Source: Rickettsiales bacterium (GTDB lineage: Bacteria > Pseudomonadota > Alphaproteobacteria > Rs-D84). From it: a stretch of DNA of 64,000 nucleotides. The notes under the pieces are model-generated. The model was not told the DNA's origin. It did not search any database and saw only the letters and a list, made by a program, of their open reading frames with translations. This document shows positions 27,667 through 35,547 of the stretch, in pieces. Position 1 is the first letter of the stretch. Every line of letters begins with the position of its first letter. The stretch lies in contig JAISHM010000019.1 in NCBI GenBank assembly GCA_031262525.1, positions 6,489 through 70,488 on the forward strand, written 5' to 3'. The position numbers were made by a program, and so were the translations under genes.

Positions 27667-28726
27667 TCTTTATATTCATATTCCTTATTGTGTAAAAAAA
27701 TGTAATTATTGTGCGTTTTATTCGCGATGCGATGCGCCAGATTGGATGCGATATACATCGGAAATTTTGGCGCAAATTTCATATTGGCGCGAAAAATTAG
27801 GACGCGTAAAAATTTCAACTATATTTTTTGGTGGTGGCACGCCCAGTTTAATGCCGACAAAAAACTTTGCGCAAATTATGAACGCGGTGCGTGAAAATTT
27901 TGATATGGCAGCGGATGCTGAAATTACACTGGAAGCAAATCCAAAAACACTGGACACGACGCGTTTGCGTGAATTTATATCGGGTGGGGTCAATCGTATT
28001 TCAATTGGTGTTCAGTCATTAAATGATAATGAATTACAATTCCTGGGACGAATCCACGGCGCGCGCGACGCGCTGGATTTAATAAACGCGGCGCTGGGCG
28101 AGGGGTTGCGTGTGTCGGCGGATTTTATTTACGGGTTGCCAGGGCAGGGCGCAGATGATATTCATAAAATGTGTGGTGATATAAATGCGTTGGGTTTAGA
28201 ACACGCGTCTTTGTATGAATTGACGATTGAACCGAATACTCTGTTGGCGCGACAAAATCCAAAAATGCCAGATAATGAAACAATGGCAACGATGTATGAA
28301 ATTATTGGGACAGAGTTATCATTGCCGCGGTATGAGGTTTCTAATTACGGAACGCCGTGCGTGCATAATCAAAATGTTTGGGACGGCGCGCCTTATATTG
28401 GATTGGGGGACGGCGCGGCGGGTCGTGTTTTTATGAGTGATGATTGGTATGAAACACGGGTAAAAGATGGAAAAATTATATCACAAAAATTATCAACGCG
28501 GGAACGTGCAATTGAAAAAGTTTTAACGGGATTGCGCACAACGCGTGGGGTTTTATTGACCGATGATGTGATTGATGTTATAAAATATTCCGATATAAAA
28601 ATCTCCGCCCTTGGGGGCGGGGTGGATTTTTGCATTAGCAAAAATACGGGGCGGGGGAATACACAACGTTTATTTGTAAACAACTTCTTGCTTTTGGATT
28701 CTATATTGGTAAAGTTGATAAAATGA
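27656..28726 (+). CDS. hemW: radical-SAM heme chaperone HemW (HemN-like, oxygen-independent coproporphyrinogen oxidase family)
   Basis: 'LYIHIPYCVKKCNYCAF' (CxxxCxxC), 'FFGGGTPS' and a C-terminal '...LLLDSILVKLI'. Confidence 0.85.
   Translation: MQCNLYIHIPYCVKKCNYCAFYSRCDAPDWMRYTSEILAQISYWREKLGRVKISTIFFGGGTPSLMPTKNFAQIMNAVRENFDMAADAEITLEANPKTLDTTRLREFISGGVNRISIGVQSLNDNELQFLGRIHGARDALDLINAALGEGLRVSADFIYGLPGQGADDIHKMCGDINALGLEHASLYELTIEPNTLLARQNPKMPDNETMATMYEIIGTELSLPRYEVSNYGTPCVHNQNVWDGAPYIGLGDGAAGRVFMSDDWYETRVKDGKIISQKLSTRERAIEKVLTGLRTTRGVLLTDDVIDVIKYSDIKISALGGGVDFCISKNTGRGNTQRLFVNNFLLLDSILVKLIK
28594..28664 (+). repeat. G-rich double-hairpin repeat element, copy A (inside the hemW coding sequence)
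   Basis: TATAAAAATCTCCGCCCTTGGGGGCGGGGTGGATTTTTGCATTAGCAAAAATACGGGGCGGGGGAATACAC. Homologous to 62651-62714. Confidence 0.7.
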
Positions 28727-30618
28727 AAAATAAAACACTAAATATTATTGGAATTATTGCAGTGTTGATTATTATGTCGATAATTGTCGGGGTAAACAAA
28801 GGTGATACAAATATGAATTTTATTGAGATGGCGCGCGCGGATAAAGAACTACAAAATACCAGATGGGATTTATCTGATTTGTATAATAGTATAAATGACC
28901 CACAAATTTTGGCAGACGTTGAAAAAATTGAAAAACTAAGCGCAGATTTTGCAAAGTATCGTGGAAAATTGGATATCGAATTACCAAATGCTTTGCGTGA
29001 TATAGAAACTATTGAAAAATTATCTTTACCGATTGGGGCTTATTTATATATGCGGTCTTCAACCGACAATGAAAATCAAGAAATTAAGAAGATTATGTCG
29101 TCCGTTGATGAACGTTTAACGCGTGCGGCAACCATTATGGAATTTTTCAGTATTGAGTTTGCCGATATGGCAGATGATACATATAAAAAATTATTATCTG
29201 ATTCAATCGTTATTCGTAATAAATCAATGCTGGACGAGATTCGTAAAAATAAAAAACATTTATTGTCGGAAAAAGAAGAAATTATTTTAACCCGCCTGTC
29301 GCCTTTTGGTAGTTCCGAATGGGGTGATATGATAGACGAATTTGAAGCGGGACTAATTTTTACTTTTGAAGATAAAAAGTTAAAACTGGCCGAAATCCAA
29401 AATATTATGAGTTATGACGAAAATCCAGAGCGACGCGAAAATGCAATGCGTGTTATAAATGATACTTTGCGCGATAACAAATATGCGTGGATGCGCGCAC
29501 GTGCGTTAAATATAGTTGCAGGCAAAAAAAATACTATGGACGAAGTGCGCGGATATAAATCAGTTTTATCTTCGCGAAATTTAGCAAATGATATTGATGA
29601 TGAAGTTGTTGATGCGCTACATACCGCTGTGCGTGAATATGGTGTGTCTGCGACGGCGCGATACTTTGATATAATGGCAAAAATTCTGGGACGCGATAAA
29701 TTAAAATGGTCCGATAGAAATGCAAATATACCAAATGCAGATTCAGAATATATTGATTGGGAAAATATGAAAAAAATTGTTTTGGCCGCATACGATGAAT
29801 TTTCACCAACAATGGCGCAAATTGCGCGAACTGAGATAATTGATAAAAATCATATTGATGCCCCCATATTCAATGGAAAATCAAACGGGGCATATAATTA
29901 TACGATAATTGATAAAAATAACAGACCACAATCTTTTGTTTTATTAAATGCACTGGGTAATTACAGTTCGCTACAAACATTGGCGCACGAAATGGGACAT
30001 GGTGTTCATGGTATTTTGGGTGCTCGTAAACAATCACCGCTGGTCTTTCTTGCGCCGATGGCGTATGCCGAAACCGCCAGTGTTTTTGGAGAAATGCTGA
30101 CCTTTGAATATATGATGTCACATGAAACCGACGATAATAAAAAATTCGTAATGTTGATGAATAAGTCCAAGGATTGGCTGAATACCGTTGTGCGTCAAAT
30201 CAGTTTTTCTGAATTTGAAAAACGCGTTCACGAAGCGCGCAAAAATGGAAAGTTGTCTGTGGAAGATATAAATAAAGTTTGGGTTGATATCAGTCAAGAA
30301 TTTTATGGCGACCGATTTGATTATTCGGATATGGATTATATGTGGTCTTATGTCAGTCATTTTATGGACCCTTTTTATGTTTATTCGTATGCTTTCGGTG
30401 AATTGTTTGTTCAATCCTTATTCGCACAAAAAGATAAAATTCCAGATTTCGAGAAAAAATATATTGAGTTATTAGAAAGTGGTGGCACAAAAAATGCGGT
30501 TGAATTGATGGCGCCATTTGGGTTGGACCCACGCGACCCAGAATTTTGGAAAAAAGGGATAGAAAACAGCATTACAAAATGGTTGAATATGGCGGAAAAA
30601 ATAAAAATGGGTTTATAA
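28723..30618 (+). CDS. pepF: M3-family oligoendopeptidase F
   Basis: 'HEMGHGVH' zinc motif and 'NTRWDLSDLY' near the N-terminus. The start is either 28723 (ATGA overlap with hemW, adds a TM segment) or 28813. Confidence 0.85.
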   Translation: MKNKTLNIIGIIAVLIIMSIIVGVNKGDTNMNFIEMARADKELQNTRWDLSDLYNSINDPQILADVEKIEKLSADFAKYRGKLDIELPNALRDIETIEKLSLPIGAYLYMRSSTDNENQEIKKIMSSVDERLTRAATIMEFFSIEFADMADDTYKKLLSDSIVIRNKSMLDEIRKNKKHLLSEKEEIILTRLSPFGSSEWGDMIDEFEAGLIFTFEDKKLKLAEIQNIMSYDENPERRENAMRVINDTLRDNKYAWMRARALNIVAGKKNTMDEVRGYKSVLSSRNLANDIDDEVVDALHTAVREYGVSATARYFDIMAKILGRDKLKWSDRNANIPNADSEYIDWENMKKIVLAAYDEFSPTMAQIARTEIIDKNHIDAPIFNGKSNGAYNYTIIDKNNRPQSFVLLNALGNYSSLQTLAHEMGHGVHGILGARKQSPLVFLAPMAYAETASVFGEMLTFEYMMSHETDDNKKFVMLMNKSKDWLNTVVRQISFSEFEKRVHEARKNGKLSVEDINKVWVDISQEFYGDRFDYSDMDYMWSYVSHFMDPFYVYSYAFGELFVQSLFAQKDKIPDFEKKYIELLESGGTKNAVELMAPFGLDPRDPEFWKKGIENSITKWLNMAEKIKMGL

Positions 30619-31019
30619 TGAAACAAAAAATCCCAACTATTTTTTGTGATATTGATGGCGTGCTGACGCAAAAGTTTGCGATTGCTGATTATGACCGGTT
30701 TGGCGAACCGAATGAGAATATGGTGCGAATTCTAAATTCTTTGGCGCGTGATTTTACAATTATTTTTATCACGGGGCGTTGGGCAATCGGTCAGGAAAAA
30801 GTTGAAAATTTTATAAAATCAGTCTTGCCCGATGTAAATGCAATTGTGTTTTGCAAGCCAAGTGATTATCCGGGAACAACCGCAGAATACAAGTTAGCCA
30901 AGGTGAAAGAATTAGAAGCAGCAGGCTATGAATTTTATATAGGGTTTGATGATTTTTTACCGATTGTTGGAATGCTGCATAATCATGGAATGTTCGTTGC
31001 CCAGGTAATCAGCGACTAA
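30618..31019 (+). CDS. HAD-superfamily hydrolase-like protein
   Basis: 'IFCDIDGVLT' (DxDG motif I). TAATG overlap with the pepF stop. Confidence 0.5.
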   Translation: MKQKIPTIFCDIDGVLTQKFAIADYDRFGEPNENMVRILNSLARDFTIIFITGRWAIGQEKVENFIKSVLPDVNAIVFCKPSDYPGTTAEYKLAKVKELEAAGYEFYIGFDDFLPIVGMLHNHGMFVAQVISD

Positions 31020-31026
31020 TACATTT

Positions 31027-32274
31027 TTACATCGGTATAAATAGATTCGGATATTCTGCCAGGGTTTTATCAGCCTTGTCAATGTTTTTACGAACTTTTA
31101 TAAAATCTTTTTTCTGGGCCGCGGTCAAATCGTCAATCCGTGGGAATGTGACCGTCATCGGATTTACATGCTTTCCATTTTTTATAATTTCGTAATGCAG
31201 GTGCGGCCCCGTTGATATTCCGGTTGAACCGACATAGCCAATAATTTGCCCCTGGATAACGCGCGTACCAACATTCACACCCTTTTGGAATTTTGACATG
31301 TGCGCATACAATGTTTCAAATCCATTGGTGTGTCGAATCTTTACAAAGTTCCCATGCCCGCGGTTAAAACTGCGCGCTACAACGCGTCCATCGCCCGCCG
31401 CGGGGATTTTTGTTCCTGTGCGTGCGCGAAAATCAACCCCCTTGTGCGCACGGGTATAACCCAACACAGGGTGTTTGCGATTCGGATTAAATTTGCTGGA
31501 AATACTGGCGCCGTCAATTGGTGTGCGTTTTAACGATTTTATCGCGCCCTTGCCGTCTTCGTCATAGTATCCGAATTTGCCATTGTCTTTTTCATAGCGA
31601 TACATTTTTAATTTTCCACGCCGCGACAGATGAGTATCAAATTCAATCGCGATTACGCGTCCGCCGTCCACAACCTGACCATCGCGCAGATTTTCTTCGT
31701 ATAAAACCTTGAACTCTTGCCCAGGCTGAATATCGCGTTCAAAGTCAATCTCAAACGCCAACAAGTTTATAATTTCATACACAACACCAATCGGAATCCC
31801 CGCATCAACGCCTGTTTGGCTGAATACACCACCATTTGGAATTTTTCCAGTTTTGCGCACCAGACGCGTATCTTTTTCAATACTGACCACATCGGCGCGC
31901 CATTTTCCATTTTCATCGCAAATCATATCAACCCGTTGCCATGGGCCCTTGGACAGGGTGATTTTATCCACAGGCGCAGATTCATCAGATTTTTGTATCA
32001 CCAGAACATCAGAATTTGCGCGTAATCCATGAACGCCACAATCTTTTTTTAACAATCCCGCAATGATATTTATATCCGAACCGGATACGCCATACTTTGA
32101 TAAGATAGTGGACAGGGTATCCCCCGCGCTGACCGATACGCGTGTTTCAATTGGCGCACGTGTTATCAGTTGCCGTGTCGGCTTTATCGTATAAAGTATC
32201 GCCGCAACCACAAACAAGATTGCGCCCGTTATCATCAGAAATTTAGTTGTTTTTTGTATGTTGAATTTTGTCAT
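31027..32274 (-). CDS. M23-family murein endopeptidase with N-terminal anchor and OapA/LysM-like region
   Basis: 'HKGVDFRA', 'GHGNFVKIRHTNGFETLYAHMS' and 'GSTGISTGPHLHYE'. Confidence 0.85.
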   Translation of the reverse strand: MTKFNIQKTTKFLMITGAILFVVAAILYTIKPTRQLITRAPIETRVSVSAGDTLSTILSKYGVSGSDINIIAGLLKKDCGVHGLRANSDVLVIQKSDESAPVDKITLSKGPWQRVDMICDENGKWRADVVSIEKDTRLVRKTGKIPNGGVFSQTGVDAGIPIGVVYEIINLLAFEIDFERDIQPGQEFKVLYEENLRDGQVVDGGRVIAIEFDTHLSRRGKLKMYRYEKDNGKFGYYDEDGKGAIKSLKRTPIDGASISSKFNPNRKHPVLGYTRAHKGVDFRARTGTKIPAAGDGRVVARSFNRGHGNFVKIRHTNGFETLYAHMSKFQKGVNVGTRVIQGQIIGYVGSTGISTGPHLHYEIIKNGKHVNPMTVTFPRIDDLTAAQKKDFIKVRKNIDKADKTLAEYPNLFIPM

Positions 32275-32289
32275 AGGGTGGATTATACT
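32261..32289 (+). promoter_or_regulatory. sigma70-like promoter (TTGAAT-17 nt-TATACT) with the prmC ATG 6 nt after the -10 (leaderless layout)
   Basis: -35 at 32261-32266 and -10 at 32284-32289, with the ATG at 32296. Confidence 0.45.
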
Positions 32290-32295
32290 GAATTT

Positions 32296-33054
32296 ATGAA
32301 TTTTAATCAAGCATTTGTAATCTTAAAAAATGCGTCTGATGCACATGACGCAAAAATTATTTTGGAACATTTCCCAAAAATGGGGCGTATCCGGTTATGG
32401 CGAATCGCACGACAATTGCGCCGCGGTGTGCCGGTTGCAAAAATAATTCACGAAAAATGGTTTTATGGTTTAAAGTTTTATACAGATAAAAATACATTGG
32501 ACCCACGACCAGATTCCGAAACTTTGGTTGATGCCGCGTTGGGGGCAGATGGGGACAGGGTGTTGGATATTGGGACTGGAACGGGTTGCCTGGTTTGCGC
32601 GATTGTAAAAAACAAAAAAGACGCGTCGGGGGTGGGAATTGATATCAGTTGGCGTGCGCGTTGTATTGCACAAAAAAATGTGCAATCGTTAAATATGGGC
32701 GCGCGTATAAAAATTATATATGGTGATTTTAACAAGCCTATGAATATGGGAAAATTTGATATTATCGTATCAAATCCACCATATATTGCGCGCGGGGATA
32801 CGCGGGTAAATCGCGGGGCATTAAATGACCCAAAAATTGCGTTGTATGCGGGTGCGGACGGATTGGATGCGTATCGCGCTATTGCAAAAAATGCGTATAA
32901 TTTGTTAAATTCAGATGGGCGAATTTTTTTGGAAATAGGATTGGGGCAAATGCGCGCGGTGCGTAAAATTTTTGCAGATAAAAATTGGAAATTTGTAAAA
33001 TTTTATCGGGACCTGGGTGGGGTTATTCGCGTGCTGGAATTTTCGTTAAAATAA
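32296..33054 (+). CDS. prmC: release-factor glutamine N5-methyltransferase
   Basis: 'VLDIGTGTGCL' and 'IVSNPPYI'. Confidence 0.85.
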   Translation: MNFNQAFVILKNASDAHDAKIILEHFPKMGRIRLWRIARQLRRGVPVAKIIHEKWFYGLKFYTDKNTLDPRPDSETLVDAALGADGDRVLDIGTGTGCLVCAIVKNKKDASGVGIDISWRARCIAQKNVQSLNMGARIKIIYGDFNKPMNMGKFDIIVSNPPYIARGDTRVNRGALNDPKIALYAGADGLDAYRAIAKNAYNLLNSDGRIFLEIGLGQMRAVRKIFADKNWKFVKFYRDLGGVIRVLEFSLK

Positions 33055-33119
33055 CAATAAAAAACATTTGCATTTTTTTTTTGACTTTACTAAACTGATG
33101 AAAAGTAAGGGAGAAAACT

Positions 33120-33851
33120 ATGGCTATTTTTACACAAAATTTCAAGCGTGCCGTGCCTTGGGGCGTTTTATTTTTAATTTTAATTGGTGTAATTATTTTT
33201 CAGTGGTGGGGTGTGTTTGCTGGAAAAAATTCGCGTGTGATAAATGTTATTGGGGAATGCACAACGAATGTTTCGCGTGATATAACGGCGATAACTTTGC
33301 GGATTGAAACATTGGCGCCGACGGGTGGTGAATCTATTGCGATGGCGCGCACGACATATAATAATGTTTCTATTTTGCTGGACCTGTATCCGAATGTTGA
33401 AAAACAAACGACGCGTTGGGAATCTTATGAAAAGACCGAGTGGTCAAATAACGCACAAAAATCATTAGGGGTACAAACGATTATCAGCGTTGATGTAACC
33501 AGTAAAACAATGGGGGATATTGAAAAAATCCTGCGTGATGCCGAGCGGTTAAATAATGTATATCCAGAAAATCTGCGTATGTTTGCGTCAGACGCTGCGA
33601 AAAAGCCGGCGATAGAGGCGTGCTTGAATGACGCTGTGCAAAATGCGCGCGCCGATGCCGAGCGGATTGCCGCGTCCGAGGGTGCATCACTGGGTCAAAT
33701 GATTTCTGCGCAATATGGAACCGATGGCGGTGGTAAGCCCGCACCAATCTTGATGCGCGCGGTCGCATTGGATTCTGTTGCGAATGCGGGATTGATGACA
33801 ACGGATGAAAAAATTTCTGTGACCGTCAGCGCCAGTTTCAAGTTGAAATAA
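33120..33851 (+). CDS. SIMPL/DUF541-like periplasmic protein (BP26-like)
   Basis: N-terminal anchor, 'VINVIGECTTNVSRDITAITLRIE' and a C-terminal 'ISVTVSASFKLK'. The resemblance is recalled, not searched. Confidence 0.5.
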   Translation: MAIFTQNFKRAVPWGVLFLILIGVIIFQWWGVFAGKNSRVINVIGECTTNVSRDITAITLRIETLAPTGGESIAMARTTYNNVSILLDLYPNVEKQTTRWESYEKTEWSNNAQKSLGVQTIISVDVTSKTMGDIEKILRDAERLNNVYPENLRMFASDAAKKPAIEACLNDAVQNARADAERIAASEGASLGQMISAQYGTDGGGKPAPILMRAVALDSVANAGLMTTDEKISVTVSASFKLK

Positions 33852-33879
33852 AAATCGCGGATTATCCGCGATTTTTTTT
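33851..33879 (+). terminator. rho-independent terminator
   Basis: AAAATCGCGGA-tta-TCCGCGATTTT followed by a T-run. Confidence 0.75.
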
Positions 33880-33892
33880 ATGATTTTTTTGC

Positions 33893-33921
33893 TTGACTTT
33901 CTGATTCGTTTTAACTATAAA
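33893..33921 (+). promoter_or_regulatory. sigma70-like promoter (TTGACT-17 nt-TATAAA) with a leader of about 135 nt
   Basis: -35 at 33893-33898 and -10 at 33916-33921. The next credible ATG is 34064. Confidence 0.45.
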
Positions 33922-34063
33922 ATGTATAGACAAATGGTTCCCTGTTTGGGGCAGACTGCAACAGACATTGTCTGGGGTAAGCCGGGTGTTAAAAACGCTG
34001 AATGTATGCGATTATTCGCAAACCAATCTTTTGGTCGTATCATAAAAAACAAAGGATTGTGTA

Positions 34064-35077
34064 ATGAAAAACAAAAATTTAATAACCAGAAATGCGCGTG
34101 CTGTGGCGACACTGATTATATACGGAATAATGGCGATGATGGGTAAGGACGCGATTGCCCAAGATAATCAACTTGTCAATACAAATACTCACGCGGCCAC
34201 AACATCAAATATATTGAATATAAATGCGATGGATTTTTCGGCGCTAATTTCAAGTCGCGCGGACGCGGCAATAAATGCATATATAGATACCGTTGAATCC
34301 AGGGTGATGAGACTGGACGGAAAAAAGGGGAAACCCGGGTATCGTCGCGAATTGCAAAACACTTTGCAGACGCGTTATGTGCCAACAATGAATGGAAAGA
34401 ATGCGCATTGTGTATTCGGTCAGCGTTTGTCATTTGATGCAGCAATGAACGCTTTGGGAATGGGTGATTTATCTGTTTTTCCGAAAACGGATGCGTGTCG
34501 CACACTGATTGGAATGATGCGACAGGATAACGGAGATAATTCTTTTTACGGCACGATTTGGCAAAACGATTCAATTATGAATGTGGCGCGGAATAGGGCG
34601 CGGGATAAAAAAGAATTTGATAAAAATAATGCAACAATTGCGAAATTGACGGCGGGCAGTGTAATCAGCACAAATTCTCATGCCGAAATGATATTGGGAC
34701 GCGGTCAAATTGTCGCTGGTAAATTTGTTGCGGATTCGACCAGTAATAAAATCTATGCTATTGGGTTTAATCGCGAAACAATCCGCGAGATTGGGTTCCG
34801 AAATGGGCGACTGCCAACGTGCGTGTTTATTGGGGATTTGCGGGAAATTATTGTGGAAAAAATCACTGAAAGACAAAACGAAATTATGAAAATGCCGTAT
34901 GCGGATTTGGTAAAGATGGCGGTATCTGGCGGGTTGATTTCTTCGGCGGCAGTCAATATCTCGGAACAAGAATTACGAATAATGCTGTTGGAAAAGTTGT
35001 TTGGGGTATCGTTAAACAAAAAATATTATTTGACACCACAAATGCTGAATACATTATCAAGACAAAGGGAAGGGTAG
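34064..35077 (+). CDS. secreted hypothetical protein (possible papain-like/NlpC-P60-type fold, very tentative)
   Basis: Signal peptide '...GKDAIA|QDN'. Has 'GKNAHCVFG' (candidate nucleophile Cys) and a downstream 'GSVISTNSHAEMILG'. Confidence 0.5.
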   Translation: MKNKNLITRNARAVATLIIYGIMAMMGKDAIAQDNQLVNTNTHAATTSNILNINAMDFSALISSRADAAINAYIDTVESRVMRLDGKKGKPGYRRELQNTLQTRYVPTMNGKNAHCVFGQRLSFDAAMNALGMGDLSVFPKTDACRTLIGMMRQDNGDNSFYGTIWQNDSIMNVARNRARDKKEFDKNNATIAKLTAGSVISTNSHAEMILGRGQIVAGKFVADSTSNKIYAIGFNRETIREIGFRNGRLPTCVFIGDLREIIVEKITERQNEIMKMPYADLVKMAVSGGLISSAAVNISEQELRIMLLEKLFGVSLNKKYYLTPQMLNTLSRQREG

Positions 35078-35108
35078 AAAAAAACGCGGAAAAATCCGCG
35101 TTTTTTTA
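35078..35108. terminator. bidirectional rho-independent terminator shared by convergent genes
   Basis: AAAAACGCGGA-aaaa-TCCGCGTTTTTTT between the stops at 35077 (+) and 35109 (-). Confidence 0.8.
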
Positions 35109-35315
35109 TTAGAAACCGAAAACCATACGTTGTTTAGATTGACGCTTTTTCTCGTTCCGAACGGCTTCTTCTTTCAGACGCTTGCGGCGAGTGGTGGGTT
35201 TTTCATAATTTTGACGCTCTTTCATTTCGCGATATAAACCTTCTTTTTGGGACTTGCGTTTAGACACGCGCAGGGCCTGTTCAACATTGTTATCACGAAC
35301 CAAAACTTTTACCAT
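35109..35315 (-). CDS. rpsU: 30S ribosomal protein S21
   Basis: [46 protein letters not shown]... Confidence 0.9.
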   Translation of the reverse strand: MVKVLVRDNNVEQALRVSKRKSQKEGLYREMKERQNYEKPTTRRKRLKEEAVRNEKKRQSKQRMVFGF

Positions 35316-35368
35316 ATAAATCACCCCCTTTTGCGGATTTTGTTATTCCCGCTATCGCGGAAAATTTT

Positions 35369-35444
35369 TGGTGGAGTTGATGGGACTCAAACCCACGACC
35401 TCTACGATGCGAACGTAGCGCTCTATCAACTGAGCTACAACCCC
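35369..35444 (-). tRNA. tRNA-Ala (anticodon CGC), CCA-encoded
   Basis: Reverse complement reads GGGGTTGTAGCTCAGTTGATAGAGCGCTACGTTCGCATCGTAGAGGTCGTGGGTTTGAGTCCCATCAACTCCACCA. G3:U70 identity pair, anticodon loop TTCGCAT, GGTTTGAGTCC in the T arm (canonical GTTCGA replaced). Confidence 0.93.
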
Positions 35445-35465
35445 AAAACTTTATTTTGCTTGCTC

Positions 35466-35494
35466 ATATTACAATTATCACAAACAAATGTCAA
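35466..35494 (-). promoter_or_regulatory. consensus promoter (TTGACA-17 nt-TAATAT) for tRNA-Ala
   Basis: Minus-strand -35 at 35489-35494 and -10 at 35466-35471, about 20 nt upstream of the tRNA 5' end. Confidence 0.55.
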
Positions 35495-35547
35495 ATTAAA
35501 AAAAGGTCGGTCTTGACCGATTGGATTTTTTTCGCTAAACTGCGTCT

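Noticed and set aside
28723-28812. N-terminal TM segment of PepF (MKNKTLNIIGIIAVLIIMSIIVG...)
   Set aside because: I did not reject the gene itself. Cytoplasmic PepF homologs start near 'W.L..LY', so the 30-aa hydrophobic extension may be an over-extension. The ATGA overlap with hemW argues the other way, so the start is left unresolved.
33880-34146. 88-aa plus-strand ORF
   Set aside because: It starts inside the promoter, runs through the leader and overlaps the better-supported 34064 gene in another frame. It has no Shine-Dalgarno and its composition is implausible.
35247-35516. 89-aa plus-strand ORF
   Set aside because: It is antisense to rpsU and to tRNA-Ala. The tRNA structure is unambiguous.
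35501-35532. Orphan hairpin AAAAAAGG-TCGGTC-tt-GACCGA-TTGGATTTTTTT between the tRNA-Ala promoter and the ABC transporter gene
   Set aside because: It looks like a bidirectional terminator, but no gene ends there on either strand and the loop is very small. It may insulate the two divergent promoters. I did not call it as a feature.
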